Assembly (NCBI GenBank): GCA_030765235.1
Contig: JAVCCW010000028.1
Location: 24,744-88,743 of the forward strand
Direction: 5' to 3'
Source of the DNA: Candidatus Gorgyraea atricola
GTDB lineage: Bacteria > Omnitrophota > Gorgyraeia > Gorgyraeales > Gorgyraeaceae
Length of the DNA: 64,000 nt
Position numbers and translations under genes: made by a program. Positions 9,351-18,215 of this stretch are shown in pieces; position 1 is the stretch's first letter, and each line of letters begins with the position of its first letter. The notes under the pieces are model-generated. The model was not told where the DNA came from, made no database searches, and worked only from the letters and a program-made list of their open reading frames with translations.

Positions 9351-9365
9351 AAGAGGATTTTAGAG

Positions 9366-10601
9366 ATGAAACGTAGAGTTGTCGTTACAGGATTAGGAAT
9401 AATCTCACCCGTAGGCAATAATAAGGAAGCATTCTGGACGTCTCTAGTGAATGGCAAGGGCGGTATTGGCCCGCTCACTTCCTATGATTGCAAGGATTAT
9501 ACTTCGCGTATAGCAGGTGAGGTCAAGAATTTCGTGCCAGCCCCATTTATCCCAAAGAAAGAATTGCGCCGCATGGAGAAGTTTGTCCAGTTTGCTGTAA
9601 CAGCAGCTAAAGAGGCGGTAGATGATTCAGGCCTTGATATACCAAATGAAGACCCGTTCAGAATAGGTGTTTTGGTGGGTTCAGGCATAGGCAGCTTAAG
9701 GATAATAGAGGAGCAGCATAAGGTGATTCTTGATAGGGGTCCTTCAAGAATAACTCCGTTTCTGATACCCATGCTTATTGTGAATATGGCGTCAGGCCAT
9801 ATATCAATAATGTTTAAGGTGAAGGGTCCGAACTCTTGCACAACGACTGCCTGCGCTGCAGGTACCCACGCGCTCGGCAGTGCATTTAAGATAATTCAGA
9901 GAGGCGATGCTGATGCGATGATCGCAGGCGGCACAGAGAGCTGTCTCACGGCTCTTGGCGTAGGAGGCTTTTGCGCATTAAAAGCGCTTTCCACTAGAAA
10001 CAATGAGCCAGAAAGGGCGAGCCGGCCTTTTGATAAAGAAAGAGACGGATTTGTAATAGCAGAAGGTTCTGGAATGGTTATCTTAGAAGAGTATGAGCAT
10101 GCAAAGAAAAGAAATGCCAAGATATACGCAGAGGTGATCGGTTTTGGAATGAGCGGAGACGGCTATCACATGACAGCGCCTGATCCTACAGCAGAGAGTC
10201 CAGCTGAATGTATGAGAAGCGCATTAAAGGATGCGGGGATAAAGCCAGAAGACGTCTCCTATATAAATGCGCATGGTACATCTACAAACCTCAATGATAA
10301 AGTAGAAACACTTGCTATAAAAAAGGTTTTTGGCGATTACGCGAAGAAAGTACCGATTTCCTCAACAAAATCCATGACAGGCCATCTACTAGGCGCGGCA
10401 GGGGGCGTTGAATTTATCGCATGCTGCCTTGCTATTAAAGATGGAATAATCCCACCCACCATTAACTACGAAAATCCAGACCCGGACTGCGACCTCGACT
10501 ATGTGCCAAACAAGGCGCGTAAGGCAAAGGTCGATATCTGCATATCCAATTCCCTAGGTTTCGGCGGTCATAACGCCACCATTTGCCTCAAAAAACTCTA
10601 A
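9366..10601 (+). CDS. fabF: 3-oxoacyl-ACP synthase II (canonical copy after acpP)
   Basis: GSGIGSL, PFLIPMLIVNMASG, TTACAAG, NAHGTST, KSMTGHLLGAAG, NSLGFGGHN. Confidence 0.96.
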   Translation: MKRRVVVTGLGIISPVGNNKEAFWTSLVNGKGGIGPLTSYDCKDYTSRIAGEVKNFVPAPFIPKKELRRMEKFVQFAVTAAKEAVDDSGLDIPNEDPFRIGVLVGSGIGSLRIIEEQHKVILDRGPSRITPFLIPMLIVNMASGHISIMFKVKGPNSCTTTACAAGTHALGSAFKIIQRGDADAMIAGGTESCLTALGVGGFCALKALSTRNNEPERASRPFDKERDGFVIAEGSGMVILEEYEHAKKRNAKIYAEVIGFGMSGDGYHMTAPDPTAESPAECMRSALKDAGIKPEDVSYINAHGTSTNLNDKVETLAIKKVFGDYAKKVPISSTKSMTGHLLGAAGGVEFIACCLAIKDGIIPPTINYENPDPDCDLDYVPNKARKAKVDICISNSLGFGGHNATICLKKL

Positions 10602-10634
10602 ATTGTACGGTTTTATACTGTTTTTATTGATTTG

Positions 10635-10663
10635 TTGACAATAGGTGGCAATTATAGTATAAT
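10635..10663 (+). promoter_or_regulatory. Consensus sigma70 promoter for the S8 protease gene
   Basis: TTGACA-17 nt-TATAAT, a perfect consensus; RBS AAGGAG before TTG 10702. Confidence 0.8.
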
Positions 10664-10701
10664 ATAATGAACCAAATATCTTTACAAAAAAAGGAGTTTT
10701 T

Positions 10702-13700
10702 TTGTTTACTTCCCGCAAAATTTTATTATCTTTTTCATTACTAGCAGTATTTGTTTTTCTCGCCTGTGCCAGCCCTTCTGTAGCATATAGCATTCCTACT
10801 GCTGAAATTTCTTCAATCGAGTTTGACAGTCCTACTAGACATCTTGTTGTTAATGGTTCTGCCTATGGTTCAGATTTCAAGAGCTATAAAATAGAATATG
10901 GCACAGGTGAGTCACCTACATATTGGACGAGTCTTAAGGTTTCAGAAGACGAGGTTCCAGACGGTGTTTTGGCAACAGGCACAGTATTCTGTATCAAAGA
11001 AGGATATTATACAGTCAAGCTCACTGTAGAAGATACTAATGGAGATATTGCAGAAGATAGAGATAGATTTTATTACTCACCTTATTTTATTTTAAAGTGG
11101 AGTAAAAACAGTTGGTCTGTTTCAATGTTTTCTTTAATGATAGGTCTATTGACTGTAACTGACGATGAGGGCGAGACAGCTACAGCTCCACTGAAAATTC
11201 TTGTCAATGCTGTAGATGAGGATGAAGATGAGGAGGAAGACGAAGATAAAGATGATGTTAAGGGTGAGAAAAAGCCAATAAAAGATCTGCAGTATGTCCC
11301 AGGTGAGTTTATAGTAAAGTTTAAGCCTGAGGCGATTCAAAAGGCTGCATCTATAGATTCAGCAAAGCCTCTCTTCAAAAAGAAAAAAGGTAAGATGCCT
11401 GATACTTATATTCTTAAGATAGATCCGTCAGAGGATGTATTGGCTGCATGTAGCAGGTATAAGGCAAGGGATGATGTTGTATATGCTGAGCCAAATTATA
11501 TTTACACCATAGATGGTGAGCCAGATCCTATGCTCTCACAGCAGTGGTCTCATAAAAAGACACAGGCAGATCTTGGCTGGGATATTGAAACAGGCAACAA
11601 GGATATTGTAATAGCTATTATAGATACAGGTGTAGAGTATACTCACCCAGACCTAGCAGAAAACATCTGGACAAATGAAGGCGAAATCCCTAATAACGGA
11701 GAAGATGATGATAGGAATGGGTATGTAGATGATTACTATGGCTATGATTTTGCTAACCTTAATAATGACCCTAAAGATGAGAATAACCATGGCACGCACT
11801 GTGCAGGTATTGCGGGTGCAGTAGGGAATAATGGCATAGGCGTGGCAGGCGTGTGTCATTCTTGCTCAATAATGTCTTTAAGGGTAAGCTTAAAGCCCCC
11901 TAATGGCAATGTAGTGCGCACTATTTCACAAAGTGATCTTTTAGCGGAAGCACTTAAATATGCTGCTGATAATGGCGCTCGTATTATCTCTATAAGTCTC
12001 AGAGGAGCCAACTCTCAGACAGTAAAAGACGCGATAACATATGCCTATCAAAAGGGATGTGTGATTGTAGCAGGCGCAGGCAACGGAAATTCCAGTAATA
12101 AATGTTATCCTGCGGCATTTGACAATGTAATCGCAGTAGCTGCTACTAATTTTAAAGATCAAAAAACAGAGATTTCAAACTATGGCAGCTGGATAGATGT
12201 TGCAGCCCCAGGCGAGAATATTTTATCAACTGTTCGTTCAGGTTATGGATCTTCTTCAGGTACCTCAATGGCTGCTCCATACGTAGCAGGTCTAGCAGGA
12301 CTTATACTTTCAAAAGATAGTTCACTTAGCAATAGTGAAGTTAAAAAGGTGATAGTAAGTAGCGTAGATGGCTGTGATTCTGATAAATATATAGGTACAG
12401 GCAGGGTCAATGTCTATGAGGCATTAAAGGATGAAGATGTCCCTTGCACAACAGAGATAACCTCGCCAGAGCATGATGATATAATAATTGAAGATGTGGA
12501 AGTTATAGGTACTGCTACAGGGGATTACACGCTTTATTATGGAAAGGGCACATATCCCTCCAGGTGGGAAGAATTTGACTTAGGCGAGAGTACCACAGAG
12601 GATGTTTTAGGTACATGGAATATATCAAATTTAACTGAAGGGACATATTCAATTAGACTAGCAGTTGAGGATGATGGCTCAGTAGTATGCGAGGATAAGG
12701 TGGTTGTAGAGGTAAGGGTAAGGGTGAATGATCGCGTGATTTACGTTGATAATTCTGCTAGCGGTGCAAATGATGGTACGTCCTGGCAGGATGCATATAC
12801 AACGATTAGCGCTGCCTTTGATGACTTATACTATGAATCAGGCGTTACTATAAAGGTAGCACAGGGTAGCAGTGCTTATGAAGAGGATTTCACCAATATC
12901 ACTAATGGGACAGATTCAGGAGTAAAGGATAATCATAATTCCTTAGTAGCAAAAGATGAGCATGCCCCAATAATAGCTTCTACTTTTACACTCAAGGATG
13001 TCAAATACTTTAAGATAAAAGGATTCAAATTTATCAACGCAGGCCTTGATATTATAGACGCTTCAAATATAAAGGTGGTAAACAATACAATAGACTCCAA
13101 TAGAGATTTTGGTATCTATTTACTGGATAGTGCTAATAATACTGTAAAGAATACCATTGTTATAAATGGTGAGGACGCAGGTATATGCGCAGAAGGGATC
13201 TCCTCAGTCTCGTCTTCGTATAATAATCTCTGGAATAATGGTGTGAATTACAAAGGCTGTTCAAAAGGTGAAGGAGATATCTCTAGCGACCCATTATTCG
13301 TAGATCTTGCATCAGGTGATTATCATCTCAGGTCTGATTCTCTATGTATAGATGCAGGGGATCCTAACGATCCGCTTGATAGTGCGGGTTCGCGAGTGGA
13401 TATAGGATGTTATACAGGGTATACACATCCAAGGGATCTCAAGAAACCTGTACTAGATGATGCGCAGCCTAAAGGCGCAACTGGCCTTGAGGTATATGAA
13501 GGTCAGGAGGTATTATTTAAGGTATATTCTTTTGATCCTAAAGGAAGGGCTATTACTTATTCGCTTCCCTATTCTTCAGATCCTGGCTTTATAGAAAATT
13601 CACAAGAAGAGCCAAAGAGTGGTATTTACACATGGCAGACAGATTATAATGATGCTGATGATGGCGGCGAGTACTATGTAACCATTAGGGCTACTGCAGA

Positions 13701-16700
13701 TGATGGCCGTTATGCAGAGGATATATTCAAGATAGTCGTAAATAATTTTGATCCAGAGAGGGAGCGCGTAATTTATGTTGATAATTCTGCTACTGGTGCA
13801 AATGATGGCACCTCATGGGAAAATGCATATACAACGATCACTGCAGCATTGAATGACTTGCACTATGAATCAGGTGTTACTATAAAAATTGCCAAAGGTA
13901 ATGGAGCTTATAAGGAGGATTTCAGCAGTGCCATAGATGATTCAGATTCTGGCACATATGAACAGCCAAATTATTTAGTAGCTAAACAAGGAGGCATGCC
14001 AACAATCGTTTCTTTAGTTGATGGCTTTAGCATTGATAATGCTAGATACATTACTATAGATGGATTGGGATTTATGGCTATTCCAGGTCATACAGGTTTG
14101 CCTGAAGTTGTAAGCATTAATGATTCTTCCAGGATTATATTTAAAAATAATGCAGTCGAGGCATTTGCAATAGATCTTAATGGTCTGGTTCTGGAGAATT
14201 GTTCAGATATAAGAGTAGAAGATAATAAGATGCTTGCGCTAGAAACCTCAATTTTGGCAAAAGATATTAAGAATAGCTTTATCAAGAGTAATCGTATAGA
14301 TTGCAGCAAGATTGGAATTTCTCTTGAGGGAGGTCTTGGTAATTCAGTCAATTATAACTTAGTTGTAAACAGTAGTAATGAAGGCATATCTATATCTTAT
14401 GGCGGCTTTTGTTCTATAGTAAATAACACCATAGACTCTTCAAGCTCTCCTTCTAGCCGTGATGGGATTATAGCCCGCGGCACGCTTAAGACCATTGTAA
14501 AAAATAACATAATAACCAATAATCAAGGAGCGGGAATAAGATTAGACGATGGCGCATCAATTAGATCTTCATATAACAATGTCTGGAATAATGGTGCGGA
14601 CTATAAGGGTTGTTCGCCAGGTACGGGAGCCATCTCTAGTGATCCATTGTTTGTTAATGTTTCGTCAAGGGATTATCATCTTCAGCCTAATTCTCCGTGT
14701 ATAGATGCAGGAGATCCTAATGACCCTCTTGATAGTGAACTTTCCAGAATAGATATAGGGTGTCACACAGGATATAGAGCTACAATAGTAAACCATGATC
14801 CTCAAGTCACAATAACTTCAATTTCTCCAAACCCAGCTTTGGTAGGCCAGCCTGTTAAGTTTAAGGCAGCAATAAGCGACCCTGATGGAGCTGGCGACTT
14901 GTTATACGACACATGGGACTATGGGAATGGTATAACTTCAATGTCGCAAGGAGGTTGTTCAGGAATCGGGGCAATGACCTATTTAAAGTCCGGGGATTAC
15001 ACAGTGACAGTCAAGGTGTATGATAAATCTGGTGGTACAGCAGAAGCCACAGATACTATAACTGTAAATACACCTCCTACGCGGCCGCCTGAGATTGAAT
15101 CCATACCTGATCAGGAGATGAGCGAGGGTGAAGAGCTTACAGTTAACATTAATACACTAGATATTCCTGACTACGAATTGTATGCTATGCATGTTGAAAA
15201 ACTGCCAGAATTTGCAGATGATATTATTTTAGATTATCATAATGGACCTAGGATAGTTACTGCTATTGTATTCAGGCCTGGCTTTGAGGACAGCGGCATA
15301 TACCCTGACATAACAGTAGTCTTGTCTATGGGAAAGTATCGCATAGAGGAGAAGTTTACATTAAAGGTACAAAACACTAACCGTAAGCCCAGAGTCACAA
15401 TAACCTCTATCTCTCCAAATCCAGCCTTGGTAGGCGAACTTGTTGAGTTTACAGCCCAGATAAGCGATCCAGACGGAGATAGTGACTTACTATGCGACGC
15501 ATGGGATTATGGAAATGACATAGCTTCAATGACGCAAGGGGGATGTAATGGGTCCGGAAGAATGACCTATTTAAAATCAGGAGACTACACAGTAACAGTG
15601 ACTGTGCGTGATAAATCTGGTGCTGCAGCAACAGATTCAGCAGTAGTTACTGTAAATAAAAGGCCTGACCGAGAACCCTCTAAGCCCATCCTCAAGAACG
15701 ATATAGCTAGTCTAACTGTAAATGAAGGAGAGAAGATGCAATTTAGACTCGCTTCAGCTGACCCGGACGGAGACAAAATAACCTACATAAAGGTAGAAGG
15801 ACCAGGCTCAATAGATGGCCTTACAGGTGTATTCACCTGGCAGACCGTCTATGCTGACAGCGGTACATACCCTCTAAGAGTGAAGGCCACATCCACCAGC
15901 CTGGAATCAGCGGAGGCAGAGTTTACTCTCACTGTCGAAAATACTAACCGTCCACCTGCTGCTGAAATCACTTTTGTTTCTGCAAGGAAGATTACTGTAG
16001 GAGAATCTGTTAACTTCGAGGCTAAGATCTATGATCCTGATGGTGACTCTGATATAAGCTATGTTATATGGAGATTCGGAGATGGTAAATCTTCAACAGG
16101 AGGCCTAAGTCAAAAAGACATTGCACATCGCTTTGATAAGCCAGGCAGTTATGAGGTAACTGTAGAAGTAGTTGATAAACAAGGTGTATCTGTAAAGGCC
16201 GGCGGTGTTACCATAACGGTAGAGGAACGGCTGCCCATAATTGGCGACGTGGATTCTGATGGTAAGGTACTGATGTATGATGCTTCTTTGGTTGCTCAGT
16301 ATGTTGAGGGTCTGATCAATTTTAACCCTACACAGATATACGCTGCTGATGTAACTCGCAATGGCCAGGTAACACACCTGGATGCTAATTTTATTGCAAT
16401 GTATGTAGTGGGAAAGATAGCTAAATTACCCGTAGAAAACCATGCCCCTATCTTTGCACAAATAGGCAATAAGACCGTCTTAAAAGGCTCTACCCTTAAC
16501 TTCACCATCGAAGCAACTGACCCTGATGGAAATAATCTCACTTACTCACTCAAGAATCCGCCAGATGGTGCAGCCTTAAAGGGTAATACCTTCTCATGGA
16601 CACCTGCTAGTACCCAGAAAGTCACCTTTGAAGTCACTGACGGTGAACTCTCTAGCTCGAAGACCATCATCATAACTGTACAAGATAAAAAACAGCCTCC

Positions 16701-16713
16701 TGCAATTGACTAA
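10702..16713 (+). CDS. Large secreted S8 (subtilisin-like) serine protease with duplicated beta-helix modules, PKD/Ig-like domains and a dockerin-like domain
   Basis: Signal peptide. Catalytic triad IAIIDTG / NHGTHCAG / SGTSMAAP. Two IYVDNSAxGANDGTSWxxAY...SSDPLFV...DYHL...CIDAGDP modules, PKD motifs (WDYGNG, WRFGDG) and a GDVDSDG...ADVTRNG dockerin repeat. Confidence 0.9.
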   Translation: MFTSRKILLSFSLLAVFVFLACASPSVAYSIPTAEISSIEFDSPTRHLVVNGSAYGSDFKSYKIEYGTGESPTYWTSLKVSEDEVPDGVLATGTVFCIKEGYYTVKLTVEDTNGDIAEDRDRFYYSPYFILKWSKNSWSVSMFSLMIGLLTVTDDEGETATAPLKILVNAVDEDEDEEEDEDKDDVKGEKKPIKDLQYVPGEFIVKFKPEAIQKAASIDSAKPLFKKKKGKMPDTYILKIDPSEDVLAACSRYKARDDVVYAEPNYIYTIDGEPDPMLSQQWSHKKTQADLGWDIETGNKDIVIAIIDTGVEYTHPDLAENIWTNEGEIPNNGEDDDRNGYVDDYYGYDFANLNNDPKDENNHGTHCAGIAGAVGNNGIGVAGVCHSCSIMSLRVSLKPPNGNVVRTISQSDLLAEALKYAADNGARIISISLRGANSQTVKDAITYAYQKGCVIVAGAGNGNSSNKCYPAAFDNVIAVAATNFKDQKTEISNYGSWIDVAAPGENILSTVRSGYGSSSGTSMAAPYVAGLAGLILSKDSSLSNSEVKKVIVSSVDGCDSDKYIGTGRVNVYEALKDEDVPCTTEITSPEHDDIIIEDVEVIGTATGDYTLYYGKGTYPSRWEEFDLGESTTEDVLGTWNISNLTEGTYSIRLAVEDDGSVVCEDKVVVEVRVRVNDRVIYVDNSASGANDGTSWQDAYTTISAAFDDLYYESGVTIKVAQGSSAYEEDFTNITNGTDSGVKDNHNSLVAKDEHAPIIASTFTLKDVKYFKIKGFKFINAGLDIIDASNIKVVNNTIDSNRDFGIYLLDSANNTVKNTIVINGEDAGICAEGISSVSSSYNNLWNNGVNYKGCSKGEGDISSDPLFVDLASGDYHLRSDSLCIDAGDPNDPLDSAGSRVDIGCYTGYTHPRDLKKPVLDDAQPKGATGLEVYEGQEVLFKVYSFDPKGRAITYSLPYSSDPGFIENSQEEPKSGIYTWQTDYNDADDGGEYYVTIRATADDGRYAEDIFKIVVNNFDPERERVIYVDNSATGANDGTSWENAYTTITAALNDLHYESGVTIKIAKGNGAYKEDFSSAIDDSDSGTYEQPNYLVAKQGGMPTIVSLVDGFSIDNARYITIDGLGFMAIPGHTGLPEVVSINDSSRIIFKNNAVEAFAIDLNGLVLENCSDIRVEDNKMLALETSILAKDIKNSFIKSNRIDCSKIGISLEGGLGNSVNYNLVVNSSNEGISISYGGFCSIVNNTIDSSSSPSSRDGIIARGTLKTIVKNNIITNNQGAGIRLDDGASIRSSYNNVWNNGADYKGCSPGTGAISSDPLFVNVSSRDYHLQPNSPCIDAGDPNDPLDSELSRIDIGCHTGYRATIVNHDPQVTITSISPNPALVGQPVKFKAAISDPDGAGDLLYDTWDYGNGITSMSQGGCSGIGAMTYLKSGDYTVTVKVYDKSGGTAEATDTITVNTPPTRPPEIESIPDQEMSEGEELTVNINTLDIPDYELYAMHVEKLPEFADDIILDYHNGPRIVTAIVFRPGFEDSGIYPDITVVLSMGKYRIEEKFTLKVQNTNRKPRVTITSISPNPALVGELVEFTAQISDPDGDSDLLCDAWDYGNDIASMTQGGCNGSGRMTYLKSGDYTVTVTVRDKSGAAATDSAVVTVNKRPDREPSKPILKNDIASLTVNEGEKMQFRLASADPDGDKITYIKVEGPGSIDGLTGVFTWQTVYADSGTYPLRVKATSTSLESAEAEFTLTVENTNRPPAAEITFVSARKITVGESVNFEAKIYDPDGDSDISYVIWRFGDGKSSTGGLSQKDIAHRFDKPGSYEVTVEVVDKQGVSVKAGGVTITVEERLPIIGDVDSDGKVLMYDASLVAQYVEGLINFNPTQIYAADVTRNGQVTHLDANFIAMYVVGKIAKLPVENHAPIFAQIGNKTVLKGSTLNFTIEATDPDGNNLTYSLKNPPDGAALKGNTFSWTPASTQKVTFEVTDGELSSSKTIIITVQDKKQPPAID

Positions 16714-16910
16714 TTAGCCTTTCGTGAATCAAACCTCAACTAAGATTAGCACACCTTCGTTACAATCCACCTTTTGTATTGATAGTGCAAAAATACCTTG
16801 ATTTTTTTAACATCTTTGGTGTAAACTTAGATTATAATGCGGATAGAATTAAATCTTGTTGACAACTTTTGTTTTATGCTGTGCGCTAAAGTTGTAAACT
16901 AGTCATGTTC

Positions 16911-16968
16911 GACTATTTTAAACATATACTTAAAATAGCTTGACTATTTTAAAGGCATAGTGTATATT
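16911..16968 (+). promoter_or_regulatory. Promoter of the AAA ATPase gene with overlapping operator-like repeats
   Basis: TTGACT(16940)-17 nt-TATATT(16963). GACTATTTTAAA occurs twice, and there is an inverted CTATTTTAA-N8-TTAAAATAG. Confidence 0.55.
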
Positions 16969-16979
16969 TATATTAGATC

Positions 16980-18194
16980 ATGATAGATAGAATATTGTAT
17001 AATATAGCGTTCTCAGACGAATGGGGCAGGCAGATGAGGTTTATAACCGGGCCTCGTCAATCAGGTAAGACTACCCTTGCGAAGTTGAAATTAGAACAAG
17101 AGAACACCAAAGGGTTGTATTATCTATGGGATCTTAGGTCGATCAGAAATAGATATAAAGACAATGAACTTTTTTTTACGCAGGATGCAGCATCATCAGC
17201 GCATAAATTATGGATATGCTTTGATGAAATCCATAAGATGCCCAAGTGGAAAAATATTTTAAAGGGCATATATGATTCCTCTTTTGATAATTATAATTTT
17301 ATCGTTACTGGATCAGCGAAGTTTGATATAAAAAGACGCGCGGGAGACAGCCTATCAGGAAGATATTTCACCTTCCATCTTTTTCCTTTATGTCTTTGTG
17401 AGCTGATCGGCGCCAAATCTTTCTTGATCCCGTCCTCTTCCAACGCGTCGGATTTTATTAAACAGAAAATAGAACGTAATATCAAGGCCCATGACCAATT
17501 AAATTCCTTAATAGAATATAGCGGTTTTCCCGAACCTTTTACAAGGCAGTCTAAAAAATTTCAGGCTAAATGGTCACAGGATTATTTAGACACGGTTATT
17601 AAAGAAGACATAGGAGCGCTTACAAGAATAATAGACAGGGAATATTTATATGATCTATATAAATTACTGCCAGAGATGGCCGGCAGCCCCATATCTGAGT
17701 CATCCTTAGCCTCTCATTTGGAAGTAAGTCCGCCGACTATAAAGAATTATCTTAAAAGGTTAGAAGATTTTTATTTAGCTTTTAGAATATACCCTTACTC
17801 GAAAAATATAAAGCGCTCCTTACTAAGGGCATCAAAGTGCTATCTTTACGATTGGTCGCGCGTTAAAGAACCTGGAAATAGATTTGAAAATTATGTAGCG
17901 GTTGAGTTAAAGACGCAGATTACTTTATGGAATGATGCCCTGGGCGGGGATTATCGGCTTTTTTATATTAGAAATAAAGATAAAAAAGAAATAGATTTTT
18001 TAATAACGGTACAAGACAAACCATGGCTTTTAATCGAAGCTAAATCTTCCGATAGCCCTGTTTCAAGGCATTGTTTTGACATTCAAAGGATGCTGGGCAA
18101 TATTCCTTTGGTGCAGCTTTGCATGGAAAAGGATGTTTGTTTGCTGGAGAAGAAGAATGTATATAGAATATCCGCAGATCGTTTTTTAAGTTGA
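16980..18194 (+). CDS. AAA_14/DUF4143 family ATP-binding protein
   Basis: Walker A GPRQSGKTT, Walker B CFDEIHK, TGSA...SLSGR, GFPEP, FENYVAVEL, KEIDF...IEAK. Confidence 0.88.
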   Translation: MIDRILYNIAFSDEWGRQMRFITGPRQSGKTTLAKLKLEQENTKGLYYLWDLRSIRNRYKDNELFFTQDAASSAHKLWICFDEIHKMPKWKNILKGIYDSSFDNYNFIVTGSAKFDIKRRAGDSLSGRYFTFHLFPLCLCELIGAKSFLIPSSSNASDFIKQKIERNIKAHDQLNSLIEYSGFPEPFTRQSKKFQAKWSQDYLDTVIKEDIGALTRIIDREYLYDLYKLLPEMAGSPISESSLASHLEVSPPTIKNYLKRLEDFYLAFRIYPYSKNIKRSLLRASKCYLYDWSRVKEPGNRFENYVAVELKTQITLWNDALGGDYRLFYIRNKDKKEIDFLITVQDKPWLLIEAKSSDSPVSRHCFDIQRMLGNIPLVQLCMEKDVCLLEKKNVYRISADRFLS

Positions 18195-18215
18195 GATCCT
18201 GCATGCACACACAAG

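Noticed and set aside
6953-10601. Two ketosynthases as a type II PKS KS/CLF pair
   Set aside because: Both keep the catalytic Cys and His residues, the context is core fatty-acid synthesis, and there are no cyclase or tailoring genes.
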